DNA of 64,000 nt. It comes from a bacterium. GTDB lineage: Bacteria; Patescibacteriota; Microgenomatia; Curtissbacterales; GWA2-41-24. The notes beneath the pieces were generated by a model. That model saw only the letters and a program-made list of their open reading frames with translations. It was not told where the DNA came from and did not search any database. The stretch spans positions 206,115-270,114 of the forward strand of contig JAKAJD010000001.1 of NCBI GenBank assembly GCA_021813945.1. Direction: 5' to 3'. The position numbers and the translations under genes were made by a program. Shown here piece after piece: positions 38,218 through 47,855 of this stretch (the stretch's first letter is position 1; every line of letters starts with the position of its first letter).

Positions 38218-38903
38218 TGTCAATCGTACTTCACGGAGAGGATATCCAAAATTCGTATCTTGAGCTTCAAAATACCCTTAGGCAATACCAAAACTTACAA
38301 AAATTAAGGCTCTCTTCTGAAAACGACCAGTCAATAAACGTGGCGCTTTTCTCAATCGATATGTTTGAAGCTAAAAAAGTTGTTATTGGGGAAGATCTTA
38401 TTGCAAGCAAAAAGGTAGACCCCAAAAGCCTTACTACAATACCAGAGGGCAATATCGTCATTTTTTGGGAGAAAAAAGAACTTCCCGCGTCAACTCTTAA
38501 GCTTTTTCCTCAGGGCACTACCATAAAACTTTTTAAGGCAAATCCTGTCTTATTCAAATTTCTTGATTCAATTGGATCCAGAAACGCAGTACAGCAAGGC
38601 CTTTTAGATAAACTAGAAAATACGAAAGTTGCCCTTACTTGGCAAATAGAAAATCGCCTTTTTTTGCTTATTCTCCTTAAGCTAGGCTACTCGGCAAAAA
38701 GAATCTCGGAAATTACCAAAAAACCAATGCAAGATTGGCAATTTGAGAAATTACAAACTCAAGCAAGAAATTTAAATCTCAACTTACTTAAGAAGTTATT
38801 CTCATCAACATTAAAAATAGAAACGTTGATAAAAAGCGGTCTCACAAATCAAGCTGAAAAAAATCTTATCTCACTGATGCTTTTGAAGCATTTCGCGAAC
38901 TAA
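38217..38903 (+). CDS. holA: DNA polymerase III delta subunit-like (HolA-like, short)
   Basis: HolA-like N-terminus (IVLHGEDIQNSY.ELQNTLRQY) and a helical C-terminal domain. At 228 aa it is shorter than canonical HolA. Confidence 0.45.
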   Translation: MSIVLHGEDIQNSYLELQNTLRQYQNLQKLRLSSENDQSINVALFSIDMFEAKKVVIGEDLIASKKVDPKSLTTIPEGNIVIFWEKKELPASTLKLFPQGTTIKLFKANPVLFKFLDSIGSRNAVQQGLLDKLENTKVALTWQIENRLFLLILLKLGYSAKRISEITKKPMQDWQFEKLQTQARNLNLNLLKKLFSSTLKIETLIKSGLTNQAEKNLISLMLLKHFAN

Positions 38904-38945
38904 ATATTTGTTACAATAAGTTAACTGCCCATCCTGCATTAAGAT

Positions 38946-41222
38946 GTGGCGGAAATTATGCAGGACATTGTATGGTTTTCTGAAGTTGATAAAAACGATG
39001 TTCAGCTTGTTGGCGGAAAAGGGGCCAACCTGGGCGAGATGTACCACGCCAAAATCCCCATACCAAACGGTTTCATAGTCACGTCGCAAGCTTACTTCAA
39101 CGCTGTAACTTCATCAGGTGCGGCAGATAGAATTAAAGCAATTCTCTACAATTTGGATCCTGACAACCCTCTCCAGCTCGAGGAAAAAGCCAAAGCCTGC
39201 CAAAAAGAAATCCTGGAAATTGATCTGGATCCTAAACTTGAAAAAGTCTTATTTGACTATTACAAAAAACTTGGGAACGGTAAAGATACATATGTAGCCG
39301 TAAGGTCTTCGGCAACGGCAGAAGACCTACCCGATGCGTCGTTTGCAGGCCAGCAATCCACGTTCTTGAATGTCTTGGGTACCAGAGATTTGAAAAAATC
39401 ACTTCTTGACGCATGGGCATCGCTCTTCGAAGCAAGAGCGATTTTTTACAGGCGCCAAAAAAACTACGACGATTTCAAAGTAAAAATAGCAATCCCTGTT
39501 CAAAAAATGGTTCAGTCGGAATCTTCTGGGGTGATGTTTACCGTTGACCCTGTAACTTCAAATAAAAAAATAGTCGTAATTGAGGCCATATTTGGACTGG
39601 GGGAATTAATTGTCCAAGGTGAAGAAACCCCTGATCATTATGAAGTAGACAAAAAAAGTCTCGAAATAACCACAAAAAAAATTAACAGCCAAAAAAATCA
39701 ATTAGTAAAAACCAAATCTAAAAACGTACTTTTAAAAATTGCCGAAAGTCACAGCAAAGACCAAAAAATAACCGACGAACAAATTATATCCCTTGCAAAA
39801 ATCGGCCTATCTTTAGAAAAGCATTATTTTTTTCCACAAGACATTGAATGGGCAACTGAAGACGGGGAAATTTTTATCGTCCAAACAAGACCAGTTACAA
39901 CCATAAAAAAAGAGCAAAAACCTCAAAAACTCAAAGAGTCAGAAAAACTAAAGATCTTGGCGGAAGGGTCACCAGCTTCACCTGTAATTGCCTCAGGAAG
40001 AGTCGTTATCGTCAAAAATGTCTCAGAGCTGGGAAAAGTCACAAAAGGTAGCGTTTTGGTTACAGAAATGACTAATCCGGACTTTGTCCCGGCAATGAAA
40101 AAAGCAGTTGCCATTGTAACGGAAAGAGGAGGAAGAACATCGCATGCAGCAATTGTCTCCCGAGAACTCGGAATAGCCAGCGCTGTAGGGGTTGAAGGAG
40201 CGCTAAAAAAATTAAAAGAGGGAATGGTTGTAACAGTGGATGGAGCAAAAGGCCTAATCTATGAAGGCTCACCTGTCAAACAAAAAGGCCAAGAGACAAC
40301 ACTCAAAAAAGAATCACGCGATGCCAACTTCAAAAAAACGGCGACGCACCTTTATGTCAATTTAGCAGAACCCGACCAGGCAGCAATTGTAGCTGCAAAA
40401 AACGTCGACGGGGTCGGCCTTTTAAGAGCTGAATTTTTACTTGCCAAAATTGGAACGCATCCCAAAGAATACATCAAGCAAAAAAAAGAAAAAGAATTTA
40501 TCGAAGAACTTTCGAAAGGATTAGCCATGTTTGGAAAAGCTTTTGGTAAAAGGCCTGTTATTTATCGCGCCAGCGATTTGAAATCCAATGAGTACCGGGA
40601 CTTAAAAGGCGGAGATAAATATGAACCGAACGAACCTAACCCATTAATGGGCTATCGTGGGGCCTACAGGTATGTAAAAGACCCTGATATTTTCAAAATG
40701 GAGCTCCAAAGCCTAATTGAAGTGCGCAAGAACTATAAAAACATTCACCTCATGATACCGTTTGTGAGAACACCTCAAGAGCTAAAAGCGGTTCGCGCTT
40801 TAGTAGAGGAAAAAGGGTTATTTGATGACAAGACATTTAAGTTTTATATGATGGCCGAGCTACCAACTAATGTAATCTCGCTTGAAGACTTCATAAAAGT
40901 AGGCGTAGATGGCGTTTCCATAGGGACAAATGATTTGACAATGTTAGTTTTAGGTACAGACAGGGACAACGAAGAAGTAGCCGCAGAGTATTTTGAGATG
41001 AACCCATCTGTGCTTTGGTGCCTGGAAAGAATTGTAAAAACGGCTGGCAAATTTAATGTCACATCATCCATTTGTGGTGAAGCAGCATCTACATATCCGG
41101 ATCTAACAGAAAAACTTGTCTCATGGGGCGTAACGTCTATTTCGGTAAATCAGGATGTCCTCGATTCTACCCGGGAAATTATTGCTGCCGCCGAAAAAAA
41201 GTTATTAGCCAAAGGAAACTAA
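38946..41222 (+). CDS. ppsA: phosphoenolpyruvate synthase (pyruvate, water dikinase)
   Basis: VGGKGANLGEM, VAVRSSATAEDLPDASFAGQQSTFLNV, phosphohistidine domain TERGGRTSHAAIVSRELGI and a C-terminal PEP-utilising TIM barrel. Confidence 0.9.
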   Translation: MAEIMQDIVWFSEVDKNDVQLVGGKGANLGEMYHAKIPIPNGFIVTSQAYFNAVTSSGAADRIKAILYNLDPDNPLQLEEKAKACQKEILEIDLDPKLEKVLFDYYKKLGNGKDTYVAVRSSATAEDLPDASFAGQQSTFLNVLGTRDLKKSLLDAWASLFEARAIFYRRQKNYDDFKVKIAIPVQKMVQSESSGVMFTVDPVTSNKKIVVIEAIFGLGELIVQGEETPDHYEVDKKSLEITTKKINSQKNQLVKTKSKNVLLKIAESHSKDQKITDEQIISLAKIGLSLEKHYFFPQDIEWATEDGEIFIVQTRPVTTIKKEQKPQKLKESEKLKILAEGSPASPVIASGRVVIVKNVSELGKVTKGSVLVTEMTNPDFVPAMKKAVAIVTERGGRTSHAAIVSRELGIASAVGVEGALKKLKEGMVVTVDGAKGLIYEGSPVKQKGQETTLKKESRDANFKKTATHLYVNLAEPDQAAIVAAKNVDGVGLLRAEFLLAKIGTHPKEYIKQKKEKEFIEELSKGLAMFGKAFGKRPVIYRASDLKSNEYRDLKGGDKYEPNEPNPLMGYRGAYRYVKDPDIFKMELQSLIEVRKNYKNIHLMIPFVRTPQELKAVRALVEEKGLFDDKTFKFYMMAELPTNVISLEDFIKVGVDGVSIGTNDLTMLVLGTDRDNEEVAAEYFEMNPSVLWCLERIVKTAGKFNVTSSICGEAASTYPDLTEKLVSWGVTSISVNQDVLDSTREIIAAAEKKLLAKGN

Positions 41223-42479
41223 ATGGCCAAAATTAAAAAAATCATAGCCAGAGAAATACTCGATAGTCGGGGTATGCCCACAATAGAAGCTATTGTACAG
41301 CTTGAAGATGGCGCTGTGGGCTCCTTTGCAACCCCATCCGGAATTTCCGTAGGCAAACATGAAGCAGTCGAACTACGTGATGGCGACAGCAAGAGGTATG
41401 GAGGTCACGGCGTGCTAAAAGCCTTAGAAAATATCTTAACATTTTTGGCACCTGCCTTAATTGGAAAAGATGCGCGAGATCAAGCAGAAATAGATAAATT
41501 AATGATACAAATCGACGGAACTGACAACAAATCCAAAATGGGAGCAAACAGCATACTTTCCCTTTCCGGGGCTATAACTCGTGCTCAAGCTGCGTCTCTC
41601 AAAATAACACTGTATCAATACATCTCCAGTATTTTAACTGGAAAAGTCGCAGCCCAATTTTCGATTCCCACACCAATGTTTAACATTTTAAATGGCGGAA
41701 AACATGGCGGAGGAAATATAGATTTTCAAGAGTTCTTAATTGTCCCTCCTCAGGCTAATTCTTATTCTCAAAATCTAAAAACCGGTGTCGAAATTTATTA
41801 TTCTCTAAAAGAGGTAATCACAAACCACAGTGGCGTCACGCTTCTTGGTGAGGAAGGTGGCTATGCACCGACTTTATATTCCAACTCAGACGCTTTTAAG
41901 ATCATAGAAGAATCTGTAACACGGGCAGGCTATACATTGGGTCTTGATACATTTTTAAGTGTGGATGTCGGGTCATCCTCTTTTATGAAGGGTGGAGCCT
42001 ACAAGATCAAAGACAGGCCTGTTGGTCTTACAGCTTCCGAATTTATCGATTTCTTTGTAGCACTAAACGAGCAATATCACATGCTCTCGTTGGAAGATCC
42101 GCTTTCGGAAGATGATTGGGATGGCTGGCACAAAATAACAGAAGCGATGGGTGAAAAGACAATAATAGTTGGTGACGATCTTATAACTACCAACATGGAA
42201 AGACTTAAAAAAGCTATTGATAAAAAATCTGCAAACGGAATAATCATAAAGCCCAATCAGGTTGGAACCATTACAGAAACTCTCGAGGTAGTAAAAGTTG
42301 CCAAAGCAGCAAACTTCAAAACAATTGTTTCGCATAGGTCGGGAGAGACTGATGACGATTTCATTGCTGATTTTGCTGTAGGGATTGGCTCCGATTATGC
42401 AAAATTTGGGGCACCCGCAAGAGGAGAAAGGGTAGCAAAATACAACAGGCTTTTGGCAATAGAGCATGAACTTTCCTAA
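41223..42479 (+). CDS. eno: enolase
   Basis: ILDSRGMPTIEA...SGISVGKHEAVELRDGD...SHRSGETDD are canonical. Confidence 0.95.
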   Translation: MAKIKKIIAREILDSRGMPTIEAIVQLEDGAVGSFATPSGISVGKHEAVELRDGDSKRYGGHGVLKALENILTFLAPALIGKDARDQAEIDKLMIQIDGTDNKSKMGANSILSLSGAITRAQAASLKITLYQYISSILTGKVAAQFSIPTPMFNILNGGKHGGGNIDFQEFLIVPPQANSYSQNLKTGVEIYYSLKEVITNHSGVTLLGEEGGYAPTLYSNSDAFKIIEESVTRAGYTLGLDTFLSVDVGSSSFMKGGAYKIKDRPVGLTASEFIDFFVALNEQYHMLSLEDPLSEDDWDGWHKITEAMGEKTIIVGDDLITTNMERLKKAIDKKSANGIIIKPNQVGTITETLEVVKVAKAANFKTIVSHRSGETDDDFIADFAVGIGSDYAKFGAPARGERVAKYNRLLAIEHELS

Positions 42480-44077
42480 TGTTAAGAGTAACTGAAAAAC
42501 CAAAGCCTGTAGTTTTGTGTATCCTAGATGGTTGGGGTGTTTCCCAAGACAGTCCAGGTAATGCAATAACCAGAGCTCGCCCCACAAACTACAACAATTT
42601 TTGGTTTTCTTATCCGCATGCTTTACTTGTAGCATCCGGCCAAGCAGTTGGGCTACCGGAGGGGCACGTAGGAAATAGTGAGGTGGGACACCTCAATCTT
42701 GGCGCCGGCAGGGTAGTTTTTCAAGATTTATTGAGGCTAAACAATGCGATAGCAGACGGTACTTTTTTTGAAAACCCTGCGCTTATTGGTGCAATCGATC
42801 ACATTACAAAAAATAACTCTAACATTCATCTGATGGGCCTTGTTGGCTTGGGCGCAGTCCACAGTGAAATGAGCCATCTTTACGCACTTTTGACTTTACT
42901 CCAAAAAAAACAGATCCCCGCCTCAAGAATTAAGCTCCACCTATTTACAGACGGTAGAGATAGCCCGCCAACTTCTGCAAAAATCTACATGAGTGATCTG
43001 GAAAATAAGCTTAAAACTGGGAATCTTGGAGAAATAGCATCTGTAAGCGGAAGGTATTTCGCAATGGACCGGGACAACCGCTGGGACAGGACTGCAAAGG
43101 CATATTTAACAATAGTCGGTAAAGGCCAAAACAAAGCTCCAAATGCGCTTTCCGTTATCGACAACTCTTACACTAACGGCAAAACAGACGAGTTTATTGA
43201 ACCGACAATAATTGCCGATGAAAGTGGTATCCCAATCGGCGCCGTCTCGGCCAATGATTCGATAATATTTTTCAATTACCGCCCGGATAGGGCCAGGCAA
43301 TTAACTCAAGCTTTTGTTTTGGACGATCTTACGCACCTAAGAACATCATCAGGTGAACAAGCAGCTGGATTCGAAAGAGGTCCAAAAATCGCAAATCTAT
43401 ATTTTGTTTCACTCACACGTTACTCGAAGGATCTACCTGTGACAGCTGCTGCTTTTAACCCGGAGGAAGTAACCATGCCAATTGCCCGAATTTTTGCAGA
43501 ACGAAATGCAAGGCAACTTCATATCGCCGAAACAGAAAAATACGGACACGTTACATATTTTTTTAATGGTGGTTTGGAAAAACCATTCAAGGGGGAAGAT
43601 AGAATTCTAATCGACTCTCCAAAAGTAGCTTCGTACGATAAGGCTCCAGAGATGTCTGCGGGTGCTTTAACCCAAAGATTAATTGAAAAAATTAATAGCA
43701 GAATCTATGACTTTATTGTCGTAAATTACGCAAATGCAGATATGGTCGGCCATAGCGGGAATATTGAAGCAACAATAAAAGGTGTTCAGACAATCGATCA
43801 AAATTTAGGAATTCTCGCCAAAACTGTTTTAGCTGCTGGCGGCGGTCTTATCGTAACCGCAGATCACGGTAACGCCGAAGAAATGATAAATCTAAGAACA
43901 GGGGAGCCAGACACCGAACATAACATAAGCCCAGTCCCTGCAATATTTATCTTTAAAGAATTGGAAGGAAACGCCCAGCAACTCCCTCAAGGTTTACTTG
44001 CAGACATTGCACCAACTGTACTCGGTGTTCTGCAAATCCCCAAACCTTCGCAGATGACCGGCAGAAGTTTACTTTAG
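42479..44077 (+). CDS. gpmI: 2,3-bisphosphoglycerate-independent phosphoglycerate mutase
   Basis: PVVLCILDGWGVS...GNSEVGHLNLGAGRVV...ADHGNAE. Confidence 0.95.
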   Translation: MLRVTEKPKPVVLCILDGWGVSQDSPGNAITRARPTNYNNFWFSYPHALLVASGQAVGLPEGHVGNSEVGHLNLGAGRVVFQDLLRLNNAIADGTFFENPALIGAIDHITKNNSNIHLMGLVGLGAVHSEMSHLYALLTLLQKKQIPASRIKLHLFTDGRDSPPTSAKIYMSDLENKLKTGNLGEIASVSGRYFAMDRDNRWDRTAKAYLTIVGKGQNKAPNALSVIDNSYTNGKTDEFIEPTIIADESGIPIGAVSANDSIIFFNYRPDRARQLTQAFVLDDLTHLRTSSGEQAAGFERGPKIANLYFVSLTRYSKDLPVTAAAFNPEEVTMPIARIFAERNARQLHIAETEKYGHVTYFFNGGLEKPFKGEDRILIDSPKVASYDKAPEMSAGALTQRLIEKINSRIYDFIVVNYANADMVGHSGNIEATIKGVQTIDQNLGILAKTVLAAGGGLIVTADHGNAEEMINLRTGEPDTEHNISPVPAIFIFKELEGNAQQLPQGLLADIAPTVLGVLQIPKPSQMTGRSLL

Positions 44078-44104
44078 TCACAAATCGATGTTATTATTTC
44101 TCTA

Positions 44105-44308
44105 ATGTTAGAGAGTGACATCGGATGTTCGATAGTTAACCGATCAAATCCAATAGATATACAGGCTCAGATGCAGACCCTCGCAGGGCAACCGTCAGAA
44201 ATTAGGTGGAAAGCACTTGAAAAATCACTTAAAGCAAACGCTGATTATCGTCGAAGACACAGGGTCGCTGATCCAAAATCGGTGAGGGAAATAGTCTTTT
44301 CTGCTTAA
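44105..44308 (+). CDS. possible small basic protein (67 aa); doubtful
   Basis: ORF only. Its end overlaps rsmI by 4 nt on the opposite strand. Confidence 0.2.
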   Translation: MLESDIGCSIVNRSNPIDIQAQMQTLAGQPSEIRWKALEKSLKANADYRRRHRVADPKSVREIVFSA

Positions 44309-44961
44309 AAAAGGATTACAAATTCTCCCTTAATAGTCATTTTAAACTCGCTAATTTTTCCCCGATAAATTTCTTCATGGAGCTTCGTTAGCTCTCTGCA
44401 TACAATAATTTCTATATCTCCAAATACATTCTTAATGGAATCGAGTGTTTTTAAAACACGAAAAGGCGATTCATATATTATAAAGGTTGTTTTGACAATA
44501 CCATCAATCTTTTTTAAATCCTCAAGCTGGCTTTTTCTTTTCCCATCTTTTTTCGAAAGATATCCAACAAACATAAGCTTGTCTGTTGGAAGACCCGATA
44601 CAGTCAATGCGGCAATAGCAGCAGTCGGACCTGGAATTGACTCCACCTTAATGCCTTGAGATATTGCTTCCCTAACAACCTTAAACCCGGGATCGGAAAC
44701 AAGTGGAGTGCCGGCATCAGAAATCAATGCAATACTTGCACCCAATTTTAATTTTTGAATGATTTCTGGCAATCTCGACTCTTCATTAAAGTCATTAACT
44801 GCTATCATAGGTTTGTTTATGGACAAATGGCTCAGAAGTTTTCCAGTCACCCTGGTATCCTCACAGCAAACAAAATCGACACTTTCCAAAACATCAATCG
44901 CCCTCAAAGTGATATCTTTCAAATTGCCTATTGGAGTCGATACAATATACAAAGTGCCCAT
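44305..44961 (-). CDS. rsmI: 16S rRNA (cytidine1402-2'-O)-methyltransferase
   Basis: LYIVSTPIGNLKDITLRAIDVL...CCEDTR...SDAGTPLVSDPG (tetrapyrrole-methylase fold). Lacks the C-terminal extension. Confidence 0.85.
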   Translation of the reverse strand: MGTLYIVSTPIGNLKDITLRAIDVLESVDFVCCEDTRVTGKLLSHLSINKPMIAVNDFNEESRLPEIIQKLKLGASIALISDAGTPLVSDPGFKVVREAISQGIKVESIPGPTAAIAALTVSGLPTDKLMFVGYLSKKDGKRKSQLEDLKKIDGIVKTTFIIYESPFRVLKTLDSIKNVFGDIEIIVCRELTKLHEEIYRGKISEFKMTIKGEFVILF

Positions 44962-45004
44962 AAGCGTGTTTATTGTTTACTGTTTATAAGCCTATGTCAA
45001 ATTA

Positions 45005-45652
45005 ATGAATCAATCAATTCTCGAAGCAATTGGTTTTTGGGTTATGGGAGTAATCTCTCACATGGGATACGGCGGCGTATTTTTCCTAATGACCCTTGAG
45101 TCTGCACTGATCCCAATACCGTCGGAAGTTATTATGCCCTTTTCTGGTTTCCTTGCGTCAACAGGCCGTTTTAGTCTTCCACTTGTCGCCTTAGTCGGGG
45201 CATTAGGTAACTTATTTGGATCCTGGATAGCCTACGCCATTGGTTATTACAAAGGAGAAAAATATGTAAGGATTCTAGTCAAAAAGTACGGTAAATTCAT
45301 TTTACTCACAGAAGAAGAGTTCGATTCGTCACTAAGACTTTTTAGTAAGTATGGACAGTGGCTTGCTGCTGCTTCACGCCTTTTACCTGCTGTAAGAACC
45401 GTAATCTCTCTTCCCGCTGGAATTGCCAAAGTCGATTTTTGGAAATTTTCAGCTTTAACCTTCTTCGGGTCTTTGATTTGGTCTTATGTATTAGCTTATA
45501 TCGGATACGTTTTGGGCCAAAATTGGGAAATAATAAGACCAATTTTTAGAAAATTTGATATTCTGATAGTTATTATTGCAATACTTCTTGTTGGAGCATA
45601 TCTTTACCACAAGTTGCTGAGTCCCAGGATTAAAGCGAAAAGATCTTCTTAA
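45005..45652 (+). CDS. dedA: DedA/SNARE-associated family membrane protein
   Basis: GYGGVFFLMTLESALIPIPSEVIMPFSGFLA is the DedA signature. Confidence 0.85.
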   Translation: MNQSILEAIGFWVMGVISHMGYGGVFFLMTLESALIPIPSEVIMPFSGFLASTGRFSLPLVALVGALGNLFGSWIAYAIGYYKGEKYVRILVKKYGKFILLTEEEFDSSLRLFSKYGQWLAAASRLLPAVRTVISLPAGIAKVDFWKFSALTFFGSLIWSYVLAYIGYVLGQNWEIIRPIFRKFDILIVIIAILLVGAYLYHKLLSPRIKAKRSS

Positions 45653-45722
45653 ATTTGTTACAAAAAGTTTATCTAATTAAAAGCTACTAGACAAAACGCT
45701 TAGGTACACTTATTCTTAAATT

Positions 45723-47078
45723 ATGAGCTTGCCTCAATTCCCGGATGAGGTTTTAAGAGTTTCAAAACGCGTTGCCGCATTTCCAAAGGAATCTAAAAGA
45801 AAAGGCTTTAGTCGTTTTCTTCGAATACTTGGCCCAGGTATTGTTACGGGCGCTGCCGATGACGACCCCTCAGGTATAGCAACTTACTCTCAAGCTGGTG
45901 CACAGTTTGGCTTCAACATGCCCTGGACCATGCTTTTTACCTTTCCACTCATGACAGCAGTCCAAGAAGCATGCGCAAGGGTTGGGGCCGTAACAGGCAA
46001 GGGCTTAGCCGCTTCTGTTAGAGATCATTATTCAAAAAAAGTACTTTATCCCGTTGTAGCTCTGGTAGTAACTGCAAACACGTTTAACATCGGATCAGAT
46101 ATAGGTGCTATGGCCGCGAGTACTAGGTTGCTTCTCCCCAATATACCTTTTGCTCTTTTAGCAGTTGCATTTGCAACAATTATTTTGATCTTAGAAATAA
46201 TGGTTTCCTACAGAACCTATATGCATATCTTAAAATGGTTAGCTATGGCTTTGTTTGCATATTTTATAACGGCATTCATGGTTCAAGTACCCTGGACTGA
46301 TGTACTAAAGGCAACACTTGTGCCACATATAGAATTGAACAAAGAATTTCTATATATAATCGTTGGAATTTTCGGAACAACTATTTCCCCTTACCTGTTT
46401 TTTTGGCAGACAAGTAACGTTGTAGAAGACGAAATAGCAGAACATCGCTTGGCAGAAAACACAGAAGGCACTCCCCGTATTTCAAAACCCTATATTCAAC
46501 GTTTGAGAATCGATACCGCTGTAGGAATGCTGTTTTCTAATGTGAGTGCCTGGTTTATCATCGTTGTAGGTGCGGTAGTTTTAAACAGTGCAGGAGTAAC
46601 AGATATAAAAACCGCAGCGGATGCGGCAAGAGCACTTGAGCCACTAGTCAAAAGCTTCCCCAATGCTGGTTTTCTTGCCAAGTTGATTTTTTCCATTGGT
46701 GTAATTGGCATCGGCCTCCAAAGCATACCCGTATTAGCAGGGTCATCTTCTTATGCAGTCTCTGAAACATTCAACTGGCGTGAAGGATTGTTTAGAAAAT
46801 TCAAACAGGCGCGTGAATTCTATTTTGTAATAATTTTTGGAACACTGGTCGGTCTCATATTTAATTTTATTGGCTTCGATCCTATGAAAGCACTTGTGCT
46901 AACGGCTGTTTTTAACGGTATTGCTGCTGTACCTCTTATTTTCCTAATCGCCAAGGTTTCAGGAAGGGAAGACATAATGGGAGAACACAAAAGCGGAGTT
47001 TGGTCTAAACTTGGTCTTTGGATATCTTTTGTGGTAATGGGAGTTTTCTCAGCCGCCTTACTTGTTTCTTTTCTCTAA
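45723..47078 (+). CDS. mntH: NRAMP family divalent metal (Mn2+/Fe2+) transporter
   Basis: LGPGIVTGAADDDPSGIATYSQAGAQFGF metal-binding motif. 11-12 TM helices. Confidence 0.85.
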   Translation: MSLPQFPDEVLRVSKRVAAFPKESKRKGFSRFLRILGPGIVTGAADDDPSGIATYSQAGAQFGFNMPWTMLFTFPLMTAVQEACARVGAVTGKGLAASVRDHYSKKVLYPVVALVVTANTFNIGSDIGAMAASTRLLLPNIPFALLAVAFATIILILEIMVSYRTYMHILKWLAMALFAYFITAFMVQVPWTDVLKATLVPHIELNKEFLYIIVGIFGTTISPYLFFWQTSNVVEDEIAEHRLAENTEGTPRISKPYIQRLRIDTAVGMLFSNVSAWFIIVVGAVVLNSAGVTDIKTAADAARALEPLVKSFPNAGFLAKLIFSIGVIGIGLQSIPVLAGSSSYAVSETFNWREGLFRKFKQAREFYFVIIFGTLVGLIFNFIGFDPMKALVLTAVFNGIAAVPLIFLIAKVSGREDIMGEHKSGVWSKLGLWISFVVMGVFSAALLVSFL

Positions 47079-47096
47079 AACGAAATGAGCTCGTAC

Positions 47097-47717
47097 TTAA
47101 TTCTGGTACTTTCTAATAACTGCAACACACTTACCCTGTATCGTTACATTTTTGGCAAATATTGGCTGCATAGTAGTATTTGAAGGCTGCAACCTAACTC
47201 TATCCTTTTCCTTAAAGAAACGTTTTAAAGTCACAACCCCGTTTTCTATCATCGCGACGACAATGTCCCCGTTATTCGCGTGGTTTGTCTCCTCAATAAC
47301 TACAAAGTCTCCATCCAAAATTCCGTCATCCACCATAGATTCTCCCTTAACTTGCAAAACATAAGATTTTTTGTTTGCGGAAACCATATTTGCGGAAACT
47401 GCAAAAGTTGCATTAGGGTCGGTATAAGGTTCGATTGGAGAACCAGCAGCAATGAAACCCGAAAGAGGCAACTCAATGCCCTTAACAATTTTTCCGATTT
47501 TTTGGTCTATCAGCTCTATGCTTCTGGACACTCCACCGGATTTTTTGATCAAACCCTTTTTCTCTAGCGTCTGTAAATGCTCATGGACTGTAGCAAGCGA
47601 TTTAACCCCAAGTTTTTTAGCAATCTCAACTAAAGTCGGCGCATGTCCGTACTTTTCAATATAGTCGTTAAGATAATCTAAAATTTGTTTTTGCCTTTTG
47701 TATAAAACTAAACTCAT
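47097..47717 (-). CDS. lexA: LexA repressor (S24 peptidase)
   Basis: N-terminal wHTH (LTKRQKQIL...GHAPTLVEIAKKLGVKS) and C-terminal KGESMVDDGILDGDFVVIEE...VTLKR (Ser/Lys dyad). ATG at 47717 (MSLVLYK...). Confidence 0.9.
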   Translation of the reverse strand: MSLVLYKRQKQILDYLNDYIEKYGHAPTLVEIAKKLGVKSLATVHEHLQTLEKKGLIKKSGGVSRSIELIDQKIGKIVKGIELPLSGFIAAGSPIEPYTDPNATFAVSANMVSANKKSYVLQVKGESMVDDGILDGDFVVIEETNHANNGDIVVAMIENGVVTLKRFFKEKDRVRLQPSNTTMQPIFAKNVTIQGKCVAVIRKYQN

Positions 47718-47740
47718 GTTATGATATATATATACCAAAT

Positions 47741-47759
47741 AAAACCCGAAATTGTCAAG
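47741..47759. promoter_or_regulatory. 19-bp element AAAACCCGAAATTGTCAAG, copy 1 (contains TTGACA on the lexA strand)
   Basis: Exact duplicate of 47797-47815. Lies in the lexA/uvrB divergent promoter region. Confidence 0.45.
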
Positions 47760-47796
47760 GGCCCAATTTATTGTTTTGAGCCGCTAAACCGGTCTA

Positions 47797-47815
47797 AAAA
47801 CCCGAAATTGTCAAG
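47797..47815. promoter_or_regulatory. 19-bp element AAAACCCGAAATTGTCAAG, copy 2
   Basis: Exact duplicate of 47741-47759. A TATAAT for uvrB lies at 47839-47844. Confidence 0.45.
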
Positions 47816-47855
47816 AATCAAATCTGGCGGATTTAATATATAATGTACGATTGAT

